Assembly: GCF_001457615.1 (NCBI RefSeq)
Contig: NZ_LN831024.1
Location: 3,150,001 to 3,182,000 of the forward strand
Length of the DNA stretch: 32,000 nt
Direction of reading: 5' to 3'
From: Pseudomonas aeruginosa
GTDB lineage: Bacteria; Pseudomonadota; Gammaproteobacteria; Pseudomonadales; Pseudomonadaceae
Both the position numbers and the translations under genes were made by a program. Of the stretch, positions 9,232 to 17,012 are shown one piece after another. Each line of letters begins with the position of its first letter. The stretch's first letter is position 1. The notes under the pieces were generated by a model. It worked only from the letters and a program-made list of their open reading frames with translations. It searched no databases and had not been told where the DNA came from.

Positions 9232-11754
9232 TCAGCCGCGCCCGAGCTGGCGCCGCATGGCCGCGCTGATGCGCTGGCGGGTGCCGGCGTAGTCGGCCCA
9301 GGGATCGTCGCCGGCGAGTTCGTCGAGGCGCTGCGGCAGACTGCGCAGGTTCCATTGGTTGGCGCCCTGCAGCGAGTCGAGTTCCTCGCGGAACACCGGT
9401 ACCGACACCGGCAACCCTTCGCGGGCGCGCACCGAGTAGGCGGCCACGGTGCTGGCGCCGCGGCTGTTGCGCAGGTAGTCGACGAAGATCTTGCCGACCC
9501 GGTTGCGCGGCCCGGAAACCGCCGAGAAACGCTCCGGCATCAGGCGCGCCAAGTGCTGGGAGATGGCCTGGGCGAAATCCTTGACCTCGTCCCAGCCATG
9601 CCGGCGCTCCAGCGGCACCAGCAGGTGCATGCCCTTGCCGCCGCTGGTCTTGAGGAAGGCGCGCAGGCCCAGCTCGTCGAGCAACGTCAGGCTCAGCTGG
9701 GTCGCTTCGAGCATGCGCTTCCACGGCAGCGCCGGGTCCGGGTCGAGGTCGAGGACGAAACGGTCGGGCCGCTCCAGGTTGGCCAGGCTGGCGTTCCAGG
9801 TATGGAATTCGATGCTGCCCATCTGCACCGCGCCGACCAGCGCCTCGGCGCTGCGGATTTGCAACAGCGGCGGATGACCGGGATCGAGCGCCGGGTCGAG
9901 CTGGACGATGCCGGGGATCTTCAGGCGCGCCGCGTGCTTCTGGAAGAACAGTTCGCCGCCGATTCCGTCGGGGCCGCGCACCAGCGACACCGGGCGCTCG
10001 CGCAGGTCGCGCAGGAGCAGGTCGGCGTAGCGCGCATGGAACTCGGCGAGTTCCAGCTTGCTGGCCTGGATCGACGGGTCGATCAGCCGCTGCGGATGGC
10101 TGATGCGCACGCCGGCGGTGGCCGCCCGCGACGCACCGGAGCCGGCCTTGCGCGCGCCGCGCAGCGGCGGCGGGCCGGCGGGACGCTCGCCGGTCACCTC
10201 GCGCGCCGGCTTGTCTTCGCGCAAGCCGTGGAACACTGCCTGGCGGATGATCCCGCCACGGGTCATCTGCGCATAGGAAACCTCGCACAGCTGTTGCGGG
10301 CGCACCCACTGCACCGACCCGGTCTCGCGCGCCGGCGGCACCTTCGCCAATGGGCTGGAGCGGACCGCGAGGGGTTCCAGGCGCTCACGGACCTTCTTCA
10401 GGCTGGCCGCGGTGAAGCCGCTGCCGACCTTGCCGGCATAGCGCAGCCGGCGCTCCTCGTCAGGGCTGTAGAGGCCGAGCAGCAAGGCGCCGATATGCCG
10501 GCGAGAGCCCTTCGGCTCGGTATAGCCGACGATCACGAACTCCTGGCGCAACTGGCACTTCAGCTTGATCCAGTCGTTGCTGCGGCGCGAACGGTAGGCG
10601 CTGCCCAGACGCTTGCCGATCACGCCTTCGAGACCGAGCTTGCAGGCGCTGGCCAGCAGGTCGCGGGGGTCTTCCGCGAGCGTCGCGGAGAACCGCAGCG
10701 GGTCTTCGTCTCGCCCTTCCAGCAGCGCCTCCAGGCGCGCGCGGCGCTCCTCCAGGGCAACATCGCGCAGATCCTCGCCTTCGTGGTACGGCAGGTCGAA
10801 GAGGACGTACAGGATGTTCTCGCCGCGACCTTCCTCGAAGGCGTTCTGCAGGGCCTGGAAGTCCGGTCGACCCTCCTCGTCGAGGACGACCAGTTCGCCG
10901 TCCAGCCAACTGCGCTGCAGACCGAGCCCGGCCAAGGCCTTCTCCAGGTGCGGCAGGCGTTCGGTCCAGTCATGGCCGTTGCGGGTCAGCAGGCGCACGT
11001 GGCCGTCTTCGATGCGGCTCATCAGCCGATAGCCGTCCAGCTTGAGTTCGTAGGCCCACTCCCCTCGCGGAGGCTGCTCGACCAGGCTGGCCAGCTCGGG
11101 GGCGATCCATTCGGGCATCGGCGTCTTCCCCCCGCTCTTGCCGCGTCGCGCCGGCCTGGCCGCGGGCGTGGCGGCTTCGCCATGGCGGGGCAGCAGCGTA
11201 CGCTCGCTGAGCACGCTGTCGGGACGCTCCTTCAGCACGTCGAAGCGATCCAGGCTGCGCGCCTCGCCGTCCTTGGCCTTGACCAGGAACCACTGGGGCT
11301 GCTTGCCGCGCAGGTTGGTGCGGATCAGGTGCCAACGCCCGGAGAGTTTCTCGCCATCCAGGGCGAAGCTGAGATGGCCCTTTTCCAGGCCCTCGCGCGG
11401 ATCGTCCAGAGGCGTCCAGGCGCCTCGGTCCCAGACGATGACATCGCCGGCGCCGTAGTGCCCCTGGGGGATGCTGCCTTCGAAATCGGCATAGTCCAGC
11501 GGATGGTCCTCAACCTGCACCGCGAGCCGCTTCACCGCCGGGTCGAGGCACGGCCCCTTGGGCACCGCCCAGCTCTTCAGGGTGCCATCCAGCTCCAGGC
11601 GGAAGTCGTAGTGCAGGCGGCTGGCGTCGTGCTTCTGGACGCAATAGCGGAGCAGCCCGGTGCTGTCCTTGCGAGGCTTGCGGCCGCTGGGCTCCGGGGT
11701 CTGGCGGAAATCGCGCTTGCGGGCGTACTCGGCGAGCGGCTTGCTGCTGGGCAT
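9232..11754 (-). CDS. ligD: NHEJ DNA ligase D (3'-phosphoesterase, ATP-dependent ligase, polymerase/primase domains)
   Basis: 840 aa; PE domain HDASRLHYDFRLELDGTLKSWAVPKGP; ligase motif I YELKLDGYRLM; LigD polymerase motifs FLKTSGGKGMHLLVPL and FVDYLRNSRGASTVAAYSVRAR. Confidence 0.96.
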   Translation of the reverse strand: MPSSKPLAEYARKRDFRQTPEPSGRKPRKDSTGLLRYCVQKHDASRLHYDFRLELDGTLKSWAVPKGPCLDPAVKRLAVQVEDHPLDYADFEGSIPQGHYGAGDVIVWDRGAWTPLDDPREGLEKGHLSFALDGEKLSGRWHLIRTNLRGKQPQWFLVKAKDGEARSLDRFDVLKERPDSVLSERTLLPRHGEAATPAARPARRGKSGGKTPMPEWIAPELASLVEQPPRGEWAYELKLDGYRLMSRIEDGHVRLLTRNGHDWTERLPHLEKALAGLGLQRSWLDGELVVLDEEGRPDFQALQNAFEEGRGENILYVLFDLPYHEGEDLRDVALEERRARLEALLEGRDEDPLRFSATLAEDPRDLLASACKLGLEGVIGKRLGSAYRSRRSNDWIKLKCQLRQEFVIVGYTEPKGSRRHIGALLLGLYSPDEERRLRYAGKVGSGFTAASLKKVRERLEPLAVRSSPLAKVPPARETGSVQWVRPQQLCEVSYAQMTRGGIIRQAVFHGLREDKPAREVTGERPAGPPPLRGARKAGSGASRAATAGVRISHPQRLIDPSIQASKLELAEFHARYADLLLRDLRERPVSLVRGPDGIGGELFFQKHAARLKIPGIVQLDPALDPGHPPLLQIRSAEALVGAVQMGSIEFHTWNASLANLERPDRFVLDLDPDPALPWKRMLEATQLSLTLLDELGLRAFLKTSGGKGMHLLVPLERRHGWDEVKDFAQAISQHLARLMPERFSAVSGPRNRVGKIFVDYLRNSRGASTVAAYSVRAREGLPVSVPVFREELDSLQGANQWNLRSLPQRLDELAGDDPWADYAGTRQRISAAMRRQLGRG

Positions 11755-11771
11755 GGTGGGCTCCTCGGTGG

Positions 11772-12161
11772 TCAGACGCCGGGGCAGACCGGCGCGCTGT
11801 GCAGGACCATGTCGATGGCTTTCCCCAGTTCCTCCAGGGTCACCGGTTTGAGCAGCACCGGATAGGGTGCCGCCGGGTCGATGCCGACGCGAGCGCTGTC
11901 GCTGAGCAGGATCACCCGCATCCGCGGGCGCACCGGCAGGCTGGTTTCGATGAGCATGCTGCCGCTCAGAGGACCTTCGAGCTGCTCGCTGAGCAGGAAC
12001 AGGTCGATCACCGCGTCCGAGGCCAGGTGCTCGAGGGCTTCGTCGCGACTCGCCGCGCTGAGCACCGCGTAGCCTCGATCGAGGAGGAATTCCTCGATCC
12101 GCCAGAGCTGGTCGGCGTGTTCTTCGAGGACCAGGACGATCTTGTTTTCTCCGTTCACCAT
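11772..12161 (-). CDS. Degenerate response-regulator-like (receiver) protein
   Basis: MVNGENKIVLVLEEHADQLWRIEEFLLDRGYAVLSAASRDEALEHL...PVLLKPVTLEELGKAIDMVL: receiver-like fold pattern with a LLKPVTLEEL end, but the expected Asp region reads DLFLLSEQ. Start at 12161 within ORF 11772..12359. Confidence 0.75.
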   Translation of the reverse strand: MVNGENKIVLVLEEHADQLWRIEEFLLDRGYAVLSAASRDEALEHLASDAVIDLFLLSEQLEGPLSGSMLIETSLPVRPRMRVILLSDSARVGIDPAAPYPVLLKPVTLEELGKAIDMVLHSAPVCPGV

Positions 12162-12260
12162 GGTTCTCCCTGTCGGATTGTCAGGAAGGCTTCGCTGCAA
12201 GGTTCGCGCCGTCCGCCCCGCTTGCGCCGGAGCAGCGTGACCACGGCGATTGGGCGCGGG

Positions 12261-12281
12261 CTGATCGCAAAGTGCGATCAG
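12261..12281. promoter_or_regulatory. Perfect inverted repeat in a divergent promoter region
   Basis: CTGATCGCA-AAG-TGCGATCAG, 9-bp perfect arms, between divergent genes starting at 12161 (-) and 12410 (+). Confidence 0.55.
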
Positions 12282-12409
12282 CAGAGTGCCCGGAAGGCGC
12301 CTGTTCATCGTGCAGATTGCCCGACCCGCGCGGACCGCTGGTAAGCCCGCCGGCACCAACCGCGTCGACCGGGGTCCAGCCTGAGAGACCGCGAGCGAAG
12401 GAGCCAGCC

Positions 12410-12934
12410 ATGCGCCCTGCCCCAGAAGACGCCGCAGACGATGCGTTCGACCAGCGCGAGTATCCGATCCCGGAGCGCCTGGAAAGCCAGCGCCGCGCCT
12501 GGCGTTTCGAACGGGCGGGCCTGTGGGTCCTGCTCGGGGTGATCCTCCTGGCGCTGACCGGGGTGTTCGCCGGCGGGCCTCTGAGTTCGCGGACGCTGGT
12601 CAGCGACAGCGGCAGGCTGACCCTGGCCTACGAGCGTTTCGAACGCAGCGGCGCCGCCAGCCGCCTGCGCATCGATCTGCGCGGCGCGCCGGGCACCGAA
12701 GTTGGCGTGCGCCTGGGCGGCGGACTGCTACAGGCGCACAGCATCCAGAGCCTGCAACCGCAACCGCTGCGCAGTCACAGCTGGCGGGGTGGCCTGGAAC
12801 TGGAGGGAAGGCTCGACGAAGACGGTCGCCTGAGCCTGTTCCTGACGTTGTTGCCGAACCAGCTCGGCGAAGTCGCCAGTCGACTGGAGTTCGCCGGCGA
12901 GAGCCTGGCCTTCGACCAGTTCATCTACCCCTGA
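12410..12934 (+). CDS. Hypothetical protein, likely single-TM membrane-anchored
   Basis: MRPAPEDAADDAFDQREYPIP...GLWVLLGVILLALTGVFAGGPLSS; GAAGGAG SD-like sequence upstream; 174 aa. Confidence 0.8.
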   Translation: MRPAPEDAADDAFDQREYPIPERLESQRRAWRFERAGLWVLLGVILLALTGVFAGGPLSSRTLVSDSGRLTLAYERFERSGAASRLRIDLRGAPGTEVGVRLGGGLLQAHSIQSLQPQPLRSHSWRGGLELEGRLDEDGRLSLFLTLLPNQLGEVASRLEFAGESLAFDQFIYP

Positions 12935-12959
12935 GTCATCCGTTCCGAGGAGGCGCACG

Positions 12960-13409
12960 ATGGATTCCATACTGCGAGCCGCCGCGCTCTACCTGGTCCT
13001 GCTGGTACTCTTCCGCATCGCCGGGCGGCGTTCACTGACCGACATCACCACCTTCGACCTGCTGCTGCTGATGATCATCGGCGAAGCCACCCAGCAGGCG
13101 CTGCTGGGCGACGACTTCTCGCTGGTCAACGCGGTACTGGTGATCATCACCCTGATCGTCATCGACGTCGGTCTGTCCCTGCTCAAGCTGCGCCATCCGA
13201 AGCTCGACACCCTGATCGAGGGCTCCCCGACGCTCATCGTCGAGTACGGCAGGCCATTGCACGCACGCCTGGCCGAGGCCCGCCTGCGCGAGGAAGACAT
13301 TCTCCTGGCCGCCCGCGAGACCCAGGGCCTGGAACGCATGGAGCAGATCCGCTTCGCCATCCTCGAGAAGAACGGCAAGATCTCGATCATTCCCGATCGC
13401 GGCGACTGA
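12960..13409 (+). CDS. DUF421 / YetF-like membrane protein
   Basis: LFRIAGRRSLTDITTFDLLLLMIIGEATQQALLGDD...LIEGSPTLIVEYGRP...ARLREEDILLAARETQGLERMEQIRFAILEKNGKISIIP. Confidence 0.92.
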   Translation: MDSILRAAALYLVLLVLFRIAGRRSLTDITTFDLLLLMIIGEATQQALLGDDFSLVNAVLVIITLIVIDVGLSLLKLRHPKLDTLIEGSPTLIVEYGRPLHARLAEARLREEDILLAARETQGLERMEQIRFAILEKNGKISIIPDRGD

Positions 13410-14751
13410 CGCTGCGCGCGTGGCGCATCAGCAGCGGCTGGATGCTCAGGCCGTGCACGCAGATGCTCAGGGCGACGAGGCTCAGCACCAGGTCGCTGGC
13501 GGTATGCGCGAGCGCCGTAGGCAGCCCCTGGTTCAGCGCGTAGCTGAGGTAGTACAGGCTGCCGATGCCGCGGATGCCGAACCAGCCGAGCAGGCGCCGC
13601 TGCGCCGGGTGCATCAGCCGCCGGCCGACCAGCAGCCAGACCATCGCCGGCCGGCACACGCAGAACAGCAGCAGCGCCAGCGGCAGCGCGCGCCAGTCCC
13701 AGTGCTGGTAGAGCATGGCGCCGAGCAGGGTCACCAGCAGCACTTCCAGCGAGCGCTCCAGCAGGTTGCCGAAGGAGAGCACGTCGAGCATCACCGCGCC
13801 GGCCGCCACCTTCGGGTGTTCGCTGCGGTCGGCGCCGTACTCGATGGCGCCGCTGGCCTGCCCTGCCTCGCGCACGTCGGCGGCGGCCGCCTGCGCCTCG
13901 GCCGGTGCCGAGGCGCGCCCCAGCGTCGCCACCTCGGCGTGGCGCAGGCCGATCCCGGCGGCGAAGCTGGCGAGGAAGCCCCAGCCGCCCAGTGCGTCGG
14001 CGCCGACATAGGACAGCGCGATCAGCGCCAGGGCGAGGAAGTCGTTGGCCGACACCGAGGTGTCGGTGTGCCGCGCCCGCAGGTGGATGGCCAGGCGGCC
14101 GAGACCATGGCCCAGGCAATAGCCCACCAGCAGGCCGAGCGGAATCGCCCAGAGCACGTCGCGCAGCAGCCAGTCCAGGCCGCTGCGGTCGAACTCCCCG
14201 GGCAGGCCGCCGCCCTGACCGATCAGCAGCAGGGCGGCGATGACGAAGGGAAAGGCGATGCCGTCGTTGAGTCCCGCCTCGCCGGATACGGCGTAGCGCA
14301 GGCGGTCGTCGTCGCCGGCGTGGTTGACCTGGATGTCGCTGGCCAGCACCGGATCGGTGGGCGCGAGGATCGCCGCGACCAGCAAGGCCAGCCCCCAGTC
14401 CAGGCCGAACAGGAAATGCGCGCCCAGGGTAAGGCCGAGGATACAGCCGAGCAGGACTGGTCCGGCCAGCAGCCAGGCAGCGGTCCAGGCCGGCGAGCGC
14501 AACGGCAGGCGCAGCTTGAGGCCGCCGATGAACAGCGAGATCAGCAACGCCGCCTCGCTGAGGTGTTCGAACCAGCCGCTGATGTCCGCCAGGCCGCTGC
14601 GCCAGGCGTGCAGCCCGGCCGGGCCGATGGCCAGGCCGAACAGCAGGTAGATGAACGACGTGCTGACCGGCAGCAGGCGCAGGTAGGCCGAAGCCAGGCC
14701 GAGCGTCAGCAGGATGCAGCCCAGTACCAGCAACCACAGGCTGAAACTCAT
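13387..14751 (-). CDS. CPA1-type cation/proton antiporter
   Basis: 454 aa, multiple TM segments, LTLGAHFLFGLDWGLALLVAAILAPTDPVLASDIQV and SGEAGLNDGIAFPFV. The 3' end overlaps the convergent DUF421 gene by 23 nt. Confidence 0.92.
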   Translation of the reverse strand: MSFSLWLLVLGCILLTLGLASAYLRLLPVSTSFIYLLFGLAIGPAGLHAWRSGLADISGWFEHLSEAALLISLFIGGLKLRLPLRSPAWTAAWLLAGPVLLGCILGLTLGAHFLFGLDWGLALLVAAILAPTDPVLASDIQVNHAGDDDRLRYAVSGEAGLNDGIAFPFVIAALLLIGQGGGLPGEFDRSGLDWLLRDVLWAIPLGLLVGYCLGHGLGRLAIHLRARHTDTSVSANDFLALALIALSYVGADALGGWGFLASFAAGIGLRHAEVATLGRASAPAEAQAAAADVREAGQASGAIEYGADRSEHPKVAAGAVMLDVLSFGNLLERSLEVLLVTLLGAMLYQHWDWRALPLALLLFCVCRPAMVWLLVGRRLMHPAQRRLLGWFGIRGIGSLYYLSYALNQGLPTALAHTASDLVLSLVALSICVHGLSIQPLLMRHARSVSRRDRE

Positions 14752-14779
14752 GCCTGGCCAGGCTCCGCCCGCGGGGGCG

Positions 14780-15304
14780 TTACTTGGATGGGTGCGCCTT
14801 GGCCAGCGCGCGGGCCATCTCCAGGTGATGCTTCAGGGCCGGCAGATGGGTCTTGGCGAATGCCTGCAGTTCCGGGTCGGTCAGGTTGTCCGCGGCCTGG
14901 GTGAACAGTTCCACGGCTTTTTCGTGAGCCGCCACCTGGTTATTGGCGTAGGCCGGGTCGAAGGAGGCGTCGCGCAGGTCGAGCAGGGTCGCCTTGGCCT
15001 TGTCGGTCAGGCTGGCGTCGTCTTCGACCTCCAGTTTCTTGCGCTCGGCCAGGCTGCGCAGTTCGGCGTTGACCTTGCCGTGGTCGTCGATCATCTGCTT
15101 GGCGAATACCTTCACATCGGCGGCGGTGCTCTTTTCCAGCGCCATCTTGCCGGCTTCGATTTCCGCTACGCCGGCCGCCGAGGCCTCGCTGACGAAGGTC
15201 TGTGGCGCGGTCTTGTTCATGTCCTGGGCGTTGGCGAAAGGCAGGGCCAGGACCAGCAGGAGCCAGGCGGCTCCCTTGAGGGGAAGGCTGATTGCTCTGT
15301 TCAT
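14780..15304 (-). CDS. DUF4142 domain protein, secreted/periplasmic
   Basis: MNRAISLPLKGAAWLLLVLALPFANAQ signal peptide; FVSEASAAGVAEIEAGKMALEKSTAADVKVFAKQMIDDHGKVNAEL. Nested in frame 14780..16144. Confidence 0.9.
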   Translation of the reverse strand: MNRAISLPLKGAAWLLLVLALPFANAQDMNKTAPQTFVSEASAAGVAEIEAGKMALEKSTAADVKVFAKQMIDDHGKVNAELRSLAERKKLEVEDDASLTDKAKATLLDLRDASFDPAYANNQVAAHEKAVELFTQAADNLTDPELQAFAKTHLPALKHHLEMARALAKAHPSK

Positions 15305-15329
15305 GGTCGACTCCGTTGGCGTGACAGGG

Positions 15330-15351
15330 AAAAAATGCCGGGACTTCGGCA
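15330..15351 (-). terminator. Candidate intrinsic terminator downstream of the cupA-EAL operon
   Basis: Minus strand: TGCCG-N6-CGGCA followed by TTTTTT. Lies between the EAL gene stop (15445) and the DUF4142 ATG (15304). The stem is only 5 bp. Confidence 0.5.
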
Positions 15352-15444
15352 CAACGCACCTCGGCATCGTCGCTGCTGTGACGGCGCCGCCGGCCGACCG
15401 TTCAGATTTTTCGCCGACCGTGCCAGGCCGGGCGCCCTCCCCGG

Positions 15445-16302
15445 TCACCCCTGGCGGCTCGCCAGCGCCTCGATCCGCGCCCGGCTCTTCGGCCGGCGTA
15501 CGGACAGCGGCGGTTCGACCCGCATCGGCGGCGCGATCGCGTTGCCCTGGAGATAGACGTCCCCGGTCGGCAGCCGGGCGAACGCATCGTCCTCCTCGAG
15601 ACCTTCCAGGACCACGCAGGGCGCCAGTTCGCGGCACAGGGCCAGCAGATGGCGCAGCACTTCGGCGCCCTTCGCCGAGCGACGTGCTTCGCGGGTATAC
15701 CGGCAATCGATCTTGATCACATCGGGACGGGCATCGAGAACGAAGTCCAGGTTGTTGTGCGCCGCGCCGAAGTCGTCTATCGCGATGCGCACGCCATGTT
15801 CGCGCAGGCGTCGGATGAACTCCCGGGTCGCGACTCTCTCGCCCACGGCGGTCTCGGTCAGCTCCAGCGTCAGCCTCCGTGCCACCTGCGGACGGGCGGC
15901 CAGCCATCGGCAGACCGCTTCCCACCAGGCATCCATCGCCGCGCTCTGGCGCGACAGGTTGCAGGCCAGGCGCAAGGTAGGCTCGGCGTTCAGCCGGTCG
16001 AGGACCGTGCCCAGCACGCAGCGATCGAGCAGGCGTACCAGGCCGAGCCGCTCCAGCGCCAGGATCAGTTCCTGGGTCGGCAACGGCGGCTCGCCGCTGG
16101 CGGCCGTAACCCTGAGCAGGGTTTCCCGGTAGAGCGGCTCCCATTCCGGATGCCCGGCATGCCGTACGGCCTGCCAGTCCAGGCGCACCCGACCGCGCGC
16201 CAGGGCGGCCTGGAAACGCCGGGCGAGGCGCAGGTCGCCGGCCAGGGAGGCGGCAACGGCCGGTGGGTGCTCGTGCTGGCGAGCCTGTGGGGAACCGTTC
16301 AC
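15445..16302 (-). CDS. EAL-domain c-di-GMP phosphodiesterase (PA2133-like) with ETL in place of EAL
   Basis: Retains NLS, LTLELTET, IDDFGAAHNNL, DVIKID and VLEGLE...YLQGNAIAPP. GTG start overlaps the cupA5 TGA (GTGA). Confidence 0.93.
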   Translation of the reverse strand: MNGSPQARQHEHPPAVAASLAGDLRLARRFQAALARGRVRLDWQAVRHAGHPEWEPLYRETLLRVTAASGEPPLPTQELILALERLGLVRLLDRCVLGTVLDRLNAEPTLRLACNLSRQSAAMDAWWEAVCRWLAARPQVARRLTLELTETAVGERVATREFIRRLREHGVRIAIDDFGAAHNNLDFVLDARPDVIKIDCRYTREARRSAKGAEVLRHLLALCRELAPCVVLEGLEEDDAFARLPTGDVYLQGNAIAPPMRVEPPLSVRRPKSRARIEALASRQG

Positions 16303-17012
16303 TGTAGAGCTTTCCTTTCCTGGCGGCTGACGCCGTTGTCGTCGATCCAGTCGAACGCCACCTCGCCGCGCGTCCCGCCGTCCACCCGCCGCGGCAGGCC
16401 GAGGCGTCGTTGCGAGCGCGGAGCCAGCAGCGTTCCGGGCAGATCCAGGCGCGTCTCCCCTATCTCCAGCGCCAGCCCCGCCAGGGACACGAAGTACGGC
16501 GTCGGGTTGTCCACCCGCAGGGTCTCGTCGCGCAGCGCGAAGCCCAGTTCGGCGGCCGCGTCCTCGGCGTGCGGATGCAGGCCGTGCGGGCGGTACAGCA
16601 CCTTCATCTGGGTTCGCAGGGTGACCGTGAGCCGGGGCCGGCCAGCGGCCTCGGCGGTGGCTTGCGGGGGGATCTCGTAGATGTTCAGCCAGTACAGCGA
16701 TTCGCGATCCCGTGCCTGGGCCTGGCCGGTAGCCAGCAGGCGCAGGCTGCGCTGGCGTCCCGGCTCCAGGCGGAATACGGGCGGCAGCGGCAGGAACGGA
16801 GCCAGCGCGGTATCCGGTTCGCCGTCGAGGGCGCCGTCATCGACCCACGCCTGCACCAGCACCGGGTAGGGATTCTGGTTGACCAGCAGCAACGAGGCCT
16901 CGCGCTGGCCCTCCACGAACACCAGGCGGGTGCGCTCCGCGGTCACTCCGGCCTCGCTCGTCGGCGCGAGGCAAAGCATGGCCAGCAGCGCGAGCGCGCG
17001 CCTACTGGACAC
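16299..17012 (-). CDS. cupA5: Periplasmic fimbrial chaperone CupA5
   Basis: PapD-like: signal peptide, GVTAERTRLVFVEGQREASLLLVNQNPYPVLVQAWVDDG, VFRLEPGRQRSLRLL, RESLYWLNIYEIPP. GTG start at 17012 overlaps the cupA4 stop. Confidence 0.93.
   Translation of the reverse strand: MSSRRALALLAMLCLAPTSEAGVTAERTRLVFVEGQREASLLLVNQNPYPVLVQAWVDDGALDGEPDTALAPFLPLPPVFRLEPGRQRSLRLLATGQAQARDRESLYWLNIYEIPPQATAEAAGRPRLTVTLRTQMKVLYRPHGLHPHAEDAAAELGFALRDETLRVDNPTPYFVSLAGLALEIGETRLDLPGTLLAPRSQRRLGLPRRVDGGTRGEVAFDWIDDNGVSRQERKALQ

Noticed and set aside
8942-10309. 455-aa minus-strand ORF
   Set aside because: Only the final 71 codons are a credible membrane protein; the remainder is a wrong frame of ligD.
9355-11865. 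Plus-strand ORF (836 aa) opposite ligD
   Set aside because: Mirror-frame artefact; the minus strand has full LigD signatures.
13420-14904. Plus-strand ORF (494 aa) opposite the antiporter gene
   Set aside because: No hydrophobic or domain structure; Ala/Arg/Gln-rich antisense translation.
14780-16144. 454-aa minus-strand ORF
   Set aside because: Only the last 174 codons (start 15304, signal peptide) are credible; the rest is an off-frame reading of the EAL gene.
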